From contig QPGO01000017.1 in NCBI GenBank assembly GCA_008632985.1, positions 744,001 to 790,205 of the forward strand: DNA of 46,205 bases. Reading direction: 5' to 3'. The notes under the pieces were generated by a model. That model was not told where the DNA came from, did not search any database, and saw nothing but the letters and a program-made list of their open reading frames with translations. This document shows, in pieces, positions 11,519 to 22,877 of the stretch (positions are counted from its first letter, which is position 1; each line of letters begins with the position of its first letter). The translations under genes and the position numbers were made by a program. Origin of the DNA: Psammoneis japonica. Lineage: Eukaryota.

Positions 11519-12741
11519 CTAAAGCTTGTTGGCGCTCTCTACGCGTTCATTGACATAGTTCAGAATAAAGGCCATTGTCTTCTCAGCGCTAGGGTCCGCC
11601 AACAAGTCGCTACTCGACCAAGGGGTGAAGTGGAAGTAAATATGGTGAGTGTTGGTGATTATCAAATTAACACCATTTCCCCTGGTTCAACTTACTGATA
11701 GGCACCAACTTGTCGAAGAAAGGCGCGGTCCTCTTGAGGAGTTGCTGCGTACTTGATCAAATATTCAGTTCCAGAAATCGGGACTGCCATGTCTTCCGTG
11801 CCGTGACAAACACAAAATGGCACGCGAAAGTCATGGATGATGCTCTTCACAGCTTCTAGAGCACTCAACAGGTTACTACCTGTCCCAAGTGAAAAAGGAT
11901 TTCCATTCCCTGCAATACCCATGGATTTTTGGCGTGGTTCACAGACAATGTCGCGGACCTCTTCGTCCTTCCAAATCCTATCCGAACTGACTGGGTTGGG
12001 CATGAAAGATGGAATCCATCTCGGGCGTAAAGGTTTGAGCATGTACCGAAGGACGAAAACAACCGGAGCAGGTGGAATGTCACCTTCGATCGCAGGTGCC
12101 GTAATGGCGATGCCTTGAAATCCCTTCGGGGCGTCCACAGCATCTTGCCATTTCCCGCCGACGTGAATGGCAAGATTTGCGCCATACGACTCGCCGGAAA
12201 GAAAAATTGGAGTCGCCTCGTCATGTTGAGACGCCACAAACCGACCAAACTTGTCCAAATCGTCGCGATTAACCTTCCAATCAGGCACGAAAAACCTAAA
12301 TCCCTCGGAGAACCCATGGCCCAACATATCCAAAGAATAAAGAGCATATCCTTCGTTAACAAAGCTTTCGGAAAGTAGGGCCATACCAACTTTTCTGGAG
12401 CTCTTGAGCTGAAAGCCAAACTATGGAAAATCATTCCAATTGCAGAATGGGTGGTCAGAGTCAGAAGTCAGAACAGCCAGCGTACTAGCCAAATTGCAAT
12501 TCATGAAACTTACGCCTGAATGAGACTGGATCCCGTGCTGATACACAACCAGACCCTTGGGCTTACCCGAAGGAAGAAATTTCCGATAATGCAATCGTGC
12601 TCCGGTTGTTGATTCGAAGTACCCATGTTGCATCGCGGCACCAAAGGGGGCATCCATCGCCTCAAGCTCCTCTTTCGACGGGAAGACATCTCTTGGAATG
12701 TCGATATCGACTGTTTCGTCCCATAGTTCGTACTTTACCAT
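11519..12741 (-). CDS. Alpha/beta hydrolase, Hydrolase_4 (monoacylglycerol lipase-like); exons 12741-12514, 12420-11696, 11609-11519
   Basis: YQHGI, DMLGHGFSEG, nucleophile GESYG, CHGTED and catalytic His in AY-H-DLL across an intron. Both introns are GT-AG and in frame. Confidence 0.88.
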
Positions 12742-13053
12742 CTCGTTCCTGCCGTTAGGGCTATGTTTGAAGGATGGAGGATGATTCTGAGTTCTTGACA
12801 CGCTTCTTTTGTTGCGTTGTTTTGTTTTGTGTGTTTGTTGGTTTGGCCCATCGCGCGATGATCGCGCTTTCTTCAGCAAACCCCTGATCAGGCTAACAAT
12901 TTTGGATACGCCGTGCAAGGGTGGATGTGATCAACTCGAAAATCACGCACTGTTTAAAGCTTACTTTAGAAGTAGCTAGAGAGTTGGCTGTTGGCTGTTG
13001 GTCTTGCTTCTTGGCTCTCAGCCCAATGCAAAGGAGTTCAGGGTTCAGGAACA

Positions 13054-14058
13054 ATGTCAAGCTTGAAATCTTCGGTGCAGGAAGCCATTCTTTCTTATGT
13101 TCAACAGAATATTGAGGAACATTCACCAACAGATGTGCTGCGGGTTGTAAGGGATGAAGCCACTCTCATGTACGAGCGACAACTTGTGTTTGATGCTCTG
13201 GATTCCGATCCGTTGGAGAGCCTGGGGGACTCGCAGCCTCAAGTAAACCGAATCAAGGTAAGGCGCTTTTCCGGTTCCTCCTATTACCATGCATTTCAAT
13301 AAGGCCGTACTTCTGTCATCAAGCATGTCCTTTCTATCATCGACTTGCAGAGAATTATGCAAATCGCGCATTGTTCGCGAGTTGTGACAGTCGACGGATA
13401 TAGCTCCATTGACGCCGTAGTGGAACTCCAACGTGACGAAGCAATGCACGACATGGTTCAGTCCTACGTGCAGCTTACCTTTCATTACGAAAGAAGAAAG
13501 GCTCGACCTGAAGACAGAGAGAGAGCAGAAGACGGTGGCCCCGTTTGCTCTTCAATGGGTACACACATTTGGTATTGGATCGAACTTTCACGTGATTTTG
13601 GAGAGAAATTCCGTTTGCTAACGATTGAAGTGTGGGCTGCAGGCGAAAGTCCGTCCAACGAAACAGCACTGTTATATTCTGAAGACGAAATGGAGGCAGA
13701 AAACGTCGGCGACGACAATGTCGGTAGTAATCAAAGTCGAACCGCCACCAGTTCGCAAGAGAGCGAAGAGATGGCTGATGAAAGTAGGGAAGAGGCAAAG
13801 GATTTGCCCCGGGATAAATACGCTGCTTTCGTGGACCCTGAAACTCTTTCCGATTTTTTGAAGTGGACCGGATTAGATAATTTGGACGTTGGAACGTGCA
13901 TTTTCCTTCTCATGACGTTTCCTTTCTATGAGCACGAGTGGGATCTGGTCGGATTTCTTTTTGATGCTGTGTTTGGTGATGATGAATCTGAACTTGGGGG
14001 AAACAGAGATGATGATATAATGTCGGAAGACGATGAAGGCGAGCAGAACAGTTTGTGA
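13054..14058 (+). CDS. Hypothetical acidic protein; exons 13054-13257, 13351-14058
   Basis: Two ORFs joined in frame by the intron gtaagg...ttgcag (13258-13350). Conserved-looking C-terminal FLLMTFPFYEHEWDL. Confidence 0.72.
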
Positions 14059-15348
14059 CCGGCAAAGAGACTAAACATGGATCCACTGCGCGGTGTGTCG
14101 ATAGTTCCTTCGTCCTATTCGATACAAGTCGTCTTTTGGCTCGAGCCTGTGAAAGAGCCTAGAAAGGGAGTTGGTATTCCAGGTACTTTCGCTCTAGGCC
14201 AAGGCAGGGTTTTTTTTTTCCAGCTCAGATTTCAGACTGCATCTCCCGGGTCCGGCCGAAGAGCGGATACGGGTCAGAGAAAAGTTGTCCACTACCAGCA
14301 ACGCAAAATCTTGAAAACGTCATTGCGTCTGCCGATAGTTGTACTTACTCTCAACTCTTTCCTTGGTGGAAAGTAGTAATCCAAAAGGATCGGCGGCTAT
14401 CCATTGAGCGCGCTATCGGGCCGATTTCTCCCTTAGAGAAACCCTTCATGACACAAAGCAGTCAATCTACAGTATCAGACCGCCGGTTATCACATCGAGG
14501 AAACGAGCACAATGTCTGTTGTTCCGGTGGAGAAACGCGTGGCAAGGGATTGGTAACCAAAGGACGAATCTATTCTCAAACTCATCTACGCATAAGATCT
14601 TGGTTTCATGACCGTATTGGGATACGCGCGCGCGATCACGCTTTCCATAGCATCTCAATGGTTGTGCCATCCTATTTGAGTGATGAACGCATGACCATCA
14701 TTCCCAGATTTCAATTCTATGTGGCTGGCAAAGCTGTTTGTCTCTAGGTCAAGCCGGAAATGTAATATGCCCTTGTCGAACCAACGGACTATCCGGGAAA
14801 AGTAACGGGAAAGCAAGGATGGACCACGAGATTGTCTAGAATGCTGTCATTGAAGGTGTGTTGTGGTCTCTGTGTTTGCGGCAACAATAGCAAGAATGGG
14901 CTGCGAGTGGTGGAACGAAAAGTTTGACCGTGCAATCCTAAGTATTGTTGTATGATGTGAAGAAGACAACGTTCGAACGTTTTTGAATCAACAAGTTTTT
15001 GATTTTTAGGGGAAGAATGACGCATATTCTAGAGGCAAATGCAGCCGGCATTACACGGCCGAAAATCTGCTTTCCTTCACAAACGCTCTCTCCGTTACCA
15101 TGTATCTGACTCTAGCTAGAGAATACTCGCTTTTTCCCGAATTAACACATGTGCAGTACAACATTACCTTGAGGTGCCCAGTGTAGGTACGACAAGGGTT
15201 CATTCTCAATAAAGGATACTGGCGGGAGTGAGGCATATCATACAAGCGCCGCCTCCAGAGGGCAGGTAGAGGAATAGTAGTACTGTAGAGGGGAAGGAGA
15301 GAGATGATCCGTCATGGCAGACATGCGACCACTTCTTCAGACGAGGAT

Positions 15349-15413
15349 TAAGTAAAAATGGCGGGAAACGGGAAGGTAAGACGGGTCCCTAAGTAAAAAT
15401 GGCGGGAAACGGG
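15349..15413 (+). promoter_or_regulatory. Duplicated 24-bp element containing an E2F-type site (GGCGGGAAA)
   Basis: TAAGTAAAAATGGCGGGAAACGGG occurs exactly at 15349-15372 and 15390-15413, about 290 bp upstream of ATG 15699. Confidence 0.5.
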
Positions 15414-15698
15414 TAGTATCATAAATGATACAAATCCACGACAATTGGAACGGACCAATAAGATTGCACCATGACGTTAAAAATTCCAAAAAAAATCGCT
15501 CGGCCACGACACCGCGGAAACCGATATCCGCCTCGCCTTGGAAGTTAGTCACACAACACAACGAGAACAAGTCATTAAACGGGTACAATCGATAAATCCA
15601 TCTCTGAGGCAGAGGCTTTTTAAGAAGCGCAGAAGCCGTCAAGGTCAAAGCAGTTCATTAACGTACTGTCCTTTCGTGTTGTTCGTCATCACAGAGAA

Positions 15699-16370
15699 AT
15701 GAAGAAGCATCAAAACGATATAACGACGGAGCTTTCGAAATGCACATCGCAAGCTGCTAGGAAAGAGACTGAAAATGATCCTTCTTTTGGTGCGAAGACC
15801 GATTTCATTCAATCCTTAGAAGAAGCAGAACCTCTTGGTGACTCGCAAGATTGGAGCAAAAAGAAGAAGCGGCCCTCGAGAGAAGCGAATGTTTCGATGC
15901 AAGAATATGACGAAAATTTGTTTCTTGATGCTGAGAAAGACTTCGAAGATACTTCGAGAAAACGATCAAAGCAAGATCAAAATCCAAGCTCTGAATCATG
16001 TCCAAGTGCTTGTATCTCCAGCATGAAAGGCTCATTGATCGATTTTGACTTCAATTACTCGCTTTCCTTACACGAAGTCGAGCAACGTATGGAAATCGAG
16101 AGTATGATGGGAAATCATTCTCGTCGACAATTGATCCTACCACATCATGCAGCTGATCTCCACCAAAAGACTGAGTGGGTGCTATATCCGCCAGCGCCTG
16201 ACGGTATTCCTCGTCAAGGCCACGAGGATTCTTTCGGTCCATGGATTGTCGAAGATGTCGAGGAAGAAGAAAATGAAGTACATGACATGGAAGACAGTCG
16301 TAACGGTTCATCGGCAGTTAAAACATGTGAAGAATCCTCGTCCGACGACACCACCATGAAAAGCTCTTAA
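15699..16370 (+). CDS. Hypothetical protein (223 aa), acidic, with NLS-like KKKKR
   Basis: ATG ORF convergent with COX10; no recognisable domain. Confidence 0.65.
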   Translation: MKKHQNDITTELSKCTSQAARKETENDPSFGAKTDFIQSLEEAEPLGDSQDWSKKKKRPSREANVSMQEYDENLFLDAEKDFEDTSRKRSKQDQNPSSESCPSACISSMKGSLIDFDFNYSLSLHEVEQRMEIESMMGNHSRRQLILPHHAADLHQKTEWVLYPPAPDGIPRQGHEDSFGPWIVEDVEEEENEVHDMEDSRNGSSAVKTCEESSSDDTTMKSS

Positions 16371-16537
16371 AAAGAAGATCGTGTATTGAGCATGCGTAAT
16401 TATGAATAGGGGCTATTAAGAATCGGGGAACACTTTAGTTTATGCGTTATTTGCTGACATCTTCAATCATACTGTATTCGTCATTCTCGGGCAAACAAGA
16501 GAAGTCTCAGATACGCTCTGTAGCTACTGTAGATTAC

Positions 16538-17836
16538 CTATGACTTCTGTTTATGCGTCTCTTCAAAAGATGTTGCCTTCTCTACTACCTCTGTCACCGC
16601 ATCCTTGCTGTCACTAGACTTCTCTTTGCCGAAGGCAACAGGGCACGCCTTGCTATGGTCGTCGTCCTTGAGGATCACTGCTTCGTGGACACACCATTGC
16701 TTGCCTTGATCACGTATGGCATGGATATACGAAGATATGTATTGTCGCCAACGGTCGTTGGCTTTGTCCTTTTCCTTGTCGTCCCAGGTTTTTGAATGCA
16801 ATAAGAATAGCATCAACAGGCTGGGAAGGTACCAGAGCGAGGTTAGAAAGACCTTGCGAGCATTAGCATTCGTCCGTTCGTCCTTGAATTTGTAGGCAAC
16901 GTGAAGAGCGTAAGTGTTCAAAACAAGACCTTCCATGGCGAACATACTGCTTGTCACATCTGCCGCAGTCGAGATGAAAGGGATGGCGGATAAATACCAC
17001 GTGTATCTTGTGACTAGTTTTGCCGTCCCGTCTCCATGTTCTTCCAAGACTGGAACCATTTGGAACCCACCCCGTTTGTAGTCAACTCGATGCATATAAC
17101 TAAGCGCAAAAAAGTGCGGCATCTGCCATAAGTAGAGCGTTCCACCCAACAAAAGCGCCTCGATATCCAGAATGCTTCCCCCGCTGGCTGTCCAGCCCAT
17201 TACGGGTGGAATAGCCCCCACAACGGCGCCCACCCACGTGTTGTAAATCGATCGCGGTTTCATATAGGTGTACAACCCAGAATAAAGGGCAATGTTGCCA
17301 ATTCCTAACAGTGTCGTCGTAGCGTCTGTCCCCAAGGCCAAAACGGCTGCTCCGCCGACACCCCATGTTGCAGCAGCTGCAGTGGCATGTTTCTTGGAAA
17401 GAGCTCCATTCACAAGTGGACGGTGACGGGTTCGCTTCATAAGAGCGTCTCGTTCCATTTCAAATATTTGATTCCAAGCTGATGCCGATGAGGAACACAG
17501 CGCTGTGCCCACGCACGCAGCCCCAAGGGTTGCAGTAGAAAAGGGTCCACCGCCGGCTACGAACCCTGCGGCTGTTGTGGCGACGACGAGGGAAGAGAGC
17601 CTAGCCTTGCTCAAATCCATATATGCTTTCATTGTAGAAGAATTCGCCCCTGAAAGCTTTGATGCTTTAGTTTCCTCCGTGGAATCCTCTCGGGGTGCTC
17701 GTGTCGACGCAAAGGTTCGAGAAGAAACCACAAGCGCACATGTGCTTCTTCGTGACACGACGTGCTGCTGCTTGGTACATAGTACTTCTAATCGGAGGAG
17801 ATTGACGTGACCACGAAATGCAATAAGCTGCGACAT
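16538..17836 (-). CDS. COX10: Protoheme IX farnesyltransferase (heme O synthase)
   Basis: LSKARLSSLVV, NQIFEMERDALMKRTRHRPL, LYTYMKPRSIYNTWVGAVVGAIPPVMGW, WQMPHFFAL and DYKRGGF. Arg/Ser-rich mitochondrial-type presequence. Confidence 0.95.
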   Translation of the reverse strand: MSQLIAFRGHVNLLRLEVLCTKQQHVVSRRSTCALVVSSRTFASTRAPREDSTEETKASKLSGANSSTMKAYMDLSKARLSSLVVATTAAGFVAGGGPFSTATLGAACVGTALCSSSASAWNQIFEMERDALMKRTRHRPLVNGALSKKHATAAAATWGVGGAAVLALGTDATTTLLGIGNIALYSGLYTYMKPRSIYNTWVGAVVGAIPPVMGWTASGGSILDIEALLLGGTLYLWQMPHFFALSYMHRVDYKRGGFQMVPVLEEHGDGTAKLVTRYTWYLSAIPFISTAADVTSSMFAMEGLVLNTYALHVAYKFKDERTNANARKVFLTSLWYLPSLLMLFLLHSKTWDDKEKDKANDRWRQYISSYIHAIRDQGKQWCVHEAVILKDDDHSKACPVAFGKEKSSDSKDAVTEVVEKATSFEETHKQKS

Positions 17837-17949
17837 ACTTCAATTGTAGGTGTACACAAAGAACAACAACAAGTCAGTAATATAGCCACTGAAAACCAGG
17901 AGCAGCCGCCATTGGACAGAGACAATACACTGAAAACTGAAACGTTAGG

Positions 17950-19010
17950 TGGCGCGGTGTGGGGGACAGACGCGCTGTCATGTCGACAGGCGGGTGGGCA
18001 CCCAAGAGGCAGGTGGGGCTGGGTAGGATGGGAAAAAAAAGGAAGTGGGGCAGGGTGGGGAGCGGTGAGGCAAGCATGTAATTTTGTAGAGTAGCGGGCG
18101 AGTTGGTCAGCAAGAGACTTGGCATGAAGTGGTGCAATGGTGCAGCGATGTGATGAGGAGAGAGAGGCAAGTTGGGTCAAAGAAAGGCGCGCTTTTCTGG
18201 GCGGCAGCAGAGGCAGGAAGGATGCCAGCAGGAAAGCAAAGTGTGCAGGCAAATGCTGCATGGGCAGATGGGTGTGAGAAGGAGGTCTTGGAGGTCCAAG
18301 GCAAAGTGGTCATGGCAGTTGACTCACATTGGGAGTCATGGTTGTGCTGAGCTGAACTTCTGTTTGGCAGTCTCTTGGTGTGACGCTGCCCCAGCAAAAG
18401 GGTCTGAGGTGCAGGGGCAGGCAAGCCAGGAGCTTGTGACCCAAAGGCAAAGCTGCAGCAGAAGTGGGGTTGAGTTGGGCGCCGACGTGAGCGAGGTGTT
18501 TGAGAAGCGCAAGTGCCAGGTGAGGTTGTTGGCAGAGGCCAGTGGTGGCGCGCCGCAGAACGCAGAAAGAAGAGTCTGAGCATGCATGTGCCAAAACAGG
18601 GGTCTAACAGTCTGAAAAATGAAGAAGAGGCCACCATCCCACATGCACGTGCCACGCTCACCCACAGCCATGCTCGTCCAGAAAACAAAACCCGGTCTGG
18701 CCGGTGCTTTGAACCACCCCACCCCCCATGGACGAGGAGGACTACACAGAAAAGAGAAGAGAGACACTGCTGCATGCGCTGTGGGGCCCTGTCCAGCACA
18801 GCACATGCTGAAGCACTGTTTCGCACGCTTGGGGTTGAAAATGGGACTGACTTGCATCAAGTGCTGCAGTCCAGCCACCGCCCGCGCCGCCTTTCATCAC
18901 ACGTGTTTTTTTTTGTTCCGGTTTCTACTGGTGGCAGACGCGAAACCCGCGCTTCGCGCTGGCAGCCAACCAGAGCCTCAGATGTCAGATGCTCGCCGCG
19001 CGCCCGCCAA
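17950..19010. mobile_element. Degenerate repeat/TE-like island with extreme TpA depletion
   Basis: Only 2 TpA counted in 18094-18925, with TG/CA enrichment and many overlapping stop-poor ORFs. It lies between the divergent COX10 and Deltex genes. No TE family is recognisable. Confidence 0.5.
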
Positions 19011-19414
19011 CGCAATAACACCCTTCTCTCTTCTCTTTCGATGATGACGTCTACTAGCAACAATCCCTACATGCATAATCGAAGATCAGATATCGCAACT
19101 CCATCACGGTGTCATCCGCGAATCAAATCCAAGCCGCGACTCCCAGTCGCGCTCATCGAAATGAAATTGGGTAGTACTCTGGTACATACTGTAGGGCCTA
19201 ATAATAGCTCTACTTTTAGAGGGAAATATTTATTAGACTGAAGCACGAATCGAAAGATAACCTGAAAACCCCGGTATTCAGAAACTCCACTTTCACTTTT
19301 TATGTACTTCATAACACAGATGCATCGACTACCGTGACAGCAGCTAGCTCTGTATCTAGAGGACACCTTCTCTGCAACTTCATTCCACTGCCGCACCACT
19401 GTGCACCTGCAGCA

Positions 19415-21250
19415 ATGGACGAGAGGGAAGTAGAAAGCAGATTACAAAGCGACGGACTTTGGCATCAGGGAAGGGAAGGTTTTGTGTCGGGCTCTGACTT
19501 CGCTGCATCCAAACGGTTAAGCGAGCAACTCCAACACCAGGAAGTCGTACAGGCAGCAACCGCAGCAGCAGATGGAGCGAAGATAGAAGAACAACACGAA
19601 GCATTTCCGGCAGCGTACCATGACAGAAAGCGACTCGAGGATGTCTCCAGAAGGACATCAGAAACAAGCGACGAACATCTTCAACAAAGGCACGATGCAA
19701 CACTGTCCACCATCGCATACCTACAGAAACGAGAAGAGGGCTCTGCAATGATGTCAACGTCCGATGGTCGGGCAACACTCTTTGTTCATAAAGTGAATGA
19801 AGTAGCGAAGCGAATCACGAGAGCCGATGATAACCTACAGGGCACTTTTGCACCACTGGGGCAAGACGATGCGGTATTTCTTGCCAAACGTATGATGGAC
19901 TGTCAGGAGACATTTCGTTTTCGGAACAAACCGACCCACATAACCATTGCGTATCACTACACACACCAATCGAGGCTGAAGAGCATTCGAGAGAACGGCC
20001 TCATGTCTGGACTAGAGCGTGAAACCAGAAGCATTCGCGTCGGTTCGCGCGCCGCTTTTGGACACGGTATTTATACAGCTGACAACCCGTTCGCCTTCCA
20101 GAGTTTCGGTGACACTGGCTTAGTAGTTGCAATTCTTAAGGGCAGCGAGGCACGCGTAACAGGCAGAGATGCGGCTCCCGGTAGCATTGACACGGTGGTG
20201 GGGAACAAGGACTATCCAAATAGGCTCGTAGAGCCACCAACAACTTTTCGTGACGAGATTGTCGTCAGAAACTCCTGTCAGTGCCTGCCTCTCATTAAAT
20301 TTTCAACAACATCCATATCGAGCACGAATCTTGAAAGTATCGAGAACAGGATCTTATGGCAACTGCATGTGGAGCTTCAGGACGCTCTGGATTCGTTCTT
20401 TAACGGTGGCATCAGAACAACGCCGAAGAGAGTGGTGCAGCCGGCGACCCGCACGATCACCGTAAAGCAGCGTCGGAAATTTTCGAATACGCGGAGTTAT
20501 CTTCGTTCGTCAGCTTCACTGACTAGAAGCGGAATGTATTCTCCTCTTGCCTTCCGTACTCCCTCGAGTCATATCTCGGTGCCCTTGCATTCAATAGAGG
20601 ACACCATTACGTACAGCGCACCGTCCACTATGGTAAGCCAGAGCCTGGACTCCTTCATCCAGCCATCTATGAGCCACAATACCGGTGCCGAGAAATGCTC
20701 TATCTGCCTGGAATTCCTCGCGCGTGGCTCAGTCGTTCGCGTTAAACGATGCGGACATCGCTTTCACGATAGATGTATCAGGGCTTGCATGGAACACGAG
20801 AATCGATGTCCCATCTGTCGTTCAAATGTCTTTGGCGAGCCGCGAGGAAAGGCCCCATCTGGTACCATGACAGCAATACTTATCTCAGCAAAATGCCCGG
20901 GCTTTGCGCCAGCTTCGTCTATTCAAATCACATACAAGCTTGAGGGCGGTACCCAGCTGGCCTATCATGCTAATCCAGGACAAACTTTCAAAGCAGTGAC
21001 TCGCACAGCATACTTGCCAGACAATACTCAAGGTCGAAAGCTCCTCAAAAGACTCAAGTACGCGTTTGCGAGAGGCATGTCGTTCTGCGTAGGTGACTCG
21101 TTGTCGACCGGCGCCACAAGTGTCATTACATGGTCATCGATTCCTCACAAAACGTCGTTGGTGGGCGGAGTTCATGGGTTTCCTGATCCACTTTACATTT
21201 TGAATTGCAATGATGAACTAGACGCTCTCGGTGTCCCTGCATCTTGCTGA
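19415..21250 (+). CDS. ART/PARP-like domain + RING-H2 + Deltex C-terminal (DTC) fusion E3 ligase
   Basis: ART-like AYHYT...SIRENGL...FGHGIYTA...DEIVV. RING CSICLE...CGHRFHDRCI...CPICR. DTC GKAPSGTM, RTAYLPDNTQGRKLLKRLKYAF, F-VG-SLSTG, ITWSSIPHKTS, HGFPDPLY and ELDALGV. Confidence 0.88.
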   Translation: MDEREVESRLQSDGLWHQGREGFVSGSDFAASKRLSEQLQHQEVVQAATAAADGAKIEEQHEAFPAAYHDRKRLEDVSRRTSETSDEHLQQRHDATLSTIAYLQKREEGSAMMSTSDGRATLFVHKVNEVAKRITRADDNLQGTFAPLGQDDAVFLAKRMMDCQETFRFRNKPTHITIAYHYTHQSRLKSIRENGLMSGLERETRSIRVGSRAAFGHGIYTADNPFAFQSFGDTGLVVAILKGSEARVTGRDAAPGSIDTVVGNKDYPNRLVEPPTTFRDEIVVRNSCQCLPLIKFSTTSISSTNLESIENRILWQLHVELQDALDSFFNGGIRTTPKRVVQPATRTITVKQRRKFSNTRSYLRSSASLTRSGMYSPLAFRTPSSHISVPLHSIEDTITYSAPSTMVSQSLDSFIQPSMSHNTGAEKCSICLEFLARGSVVRVKRCGHRFHDRCIRACMEHENRCPICRSNVFGEPRGKAPSGTMTAILISAKCPGFAPASSIQITYKLEGGTQLAYHANPGQTFKAVTRTAYLPDNTQGRKLLKRLKYAFARGMSFCVGDSLSTGATSVITWSSIPHKTSLVGGVHGFPDPLYILNCNDELDALGVPASC

Positions 21251-22536
21251 CTCAGAGTCTAACAAGAATAGTTGTAGAATGACTTCTATCGAATTGAAAG
21301 CTACCAAAGAGCGCCCGAGAAACCGCAATTACAAATCACGTCGATGAATCGATCACGGCTTGTAACTTTCGGGCCGATCGAGTGCGACTGGGCCATAATG
21401 AAACTATAACGAAACAACGTCAGCGTGAGTCGTTCATACACTTCAATTCTCAAAAAAGAATCGTCTGTTTTCCTCAATAAGGACCCGGCATGCCATGGTA
21501 GAAAACACGGTGGGCTGTGATTGATGAAATAGTTTCTTCTTCCAGAGTGGAAATGATTGAGCCAATACAAGAAGACCAACGAAAATTCTCTTGCGGGAGT
21601 TTCCGAGGTCAGAGTCTCAACACGAACGAGAAATCCCTTTCGGGACCGTCGCGATGAAATGTCATTCTGGGTGGGGCACACCGAAATACGCGAAAGAACG
21701 TACCGTTTTGTTCTGTCCAACGTGTTTCATAAACCTTGCTATTCTATACGGTATCAGCGTAATTGCCCTTTTGCGAATACAGAAAAGAAAGACAACGTGT
21801 GAGCTGAGGAAGCCTTCCTGAAATAGAAATGCAACAATGATCAGCTGTTGTTGACTGGTGACAATGTGTGCTAACTTAAAGGACCCAAGGATTACGAAAA
21901 CAAAAAGTTCTCGGGCCAGACAAGCGCGCGTTGTGAACAAAAGTGGGTTCCAAAAGGAATCAAGAAACAAAGTCCCAAGATCTCGCAAGCGTACAACCAC
22001 CTCATCACCTTCATTGCTTTACCAGAAGAATCGGCTTGAATCAAGGCAAGGTTGTTTTCCTTGATAAAATTTGACATGACTCTGGAAATACCGCGTAAAC
22101 GATAACGCAACTTATTTCCACGAGAGATTACCTTCCTTGTCAGCCACAAAGATTGCACCTTAACCCATACCTACGAGCATTAGAAAGGTGTCGGAAAAGC
22201 AATGCTTGAGAAAGAAGTTACTGCAAAAAGTTGACAACAATAGAAGCTGTATGCGCCATAAACCCCCACGCACTACAGTGAAGAGAACACGGGGACCATT
22301 AAAGGCGCTGGATCGTTCCAAGACAACACGTTCCACAGGCGGTGTCGCTTTGAATCAAGCCAATCCACGCTGGTACTAATGCCGCCAAAGAAGCTAGTTA
22401 CTTTACCAGAGGAAACAGAATTGCTTCGATTGATCGAGGACACGGAGGTAACCCTTTCTCAATGTATTTTGACACGGACTCTGGCAATGCAGTTACCTCA
22501 AGCCAAGCAAACAGCTGTACCTCTAGACTTACCATG

Positions 22537-22877
22537 TCACTTATCATCCTTCTTTGCAGCTGGAGCGCGTCGTCGTTTGGGCGGCGGTGGTTCAAGAAGT
22601 TGGGGCTTACAAACGAGAGAAGTAGACAATGCACAAGTCAGTGGCTACAACCAGTCGTATAAATTAATCTGAACAAAGGAGCGCTTACCTGAAATCCACT
22701 CAGGAGTGCCTCACGTGCCAGGATCTCGCTCTCGAGTCGAAGACTTGACTCCTCCTTTTCCAACTGCTTTAGATGGACCAACATTTCATTACATTCTGCT
22801 TTGATTGTCTCCAAGTCAGACGACGGAATCGCAGCTGGGGCGGGCGTCATTGCAGGTGTTTCCTCTGAAGTTGTCAT
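22537..22877 (-). CDS. Small coiled-coil protein (~85 aa) with C-terminal NLS-like PKRRR; exons 22877-22689, 22605-22537
   Basis: The intron gtaagc...gtaag joins MTTSEETP...LSGFQ to PQLLEPPPPKRRRAPAAKKDDK*. Confidence 0.65.

Noticed and set aside
14077..15340. Short ORFs and a lone C-box-like GTGATGA (~14680) in the long intergenic gap
   Set aside because: No domains, no consistent splice model, and no nearby D box or terminal stem.
17788..19241. Many overlapping 100-240 aa ORFs on both strands
   Set aside because: Artefact of TpA loss removing TAA/TAG stops; the products are C/H/A/Q-rich with no domains.
22689..22877. SNAPC5-like identity for the small coiled-coil protein
   Set aside because: The resemblance (L.QL.KEE..L) is generic coiled-coil and too weak to name.
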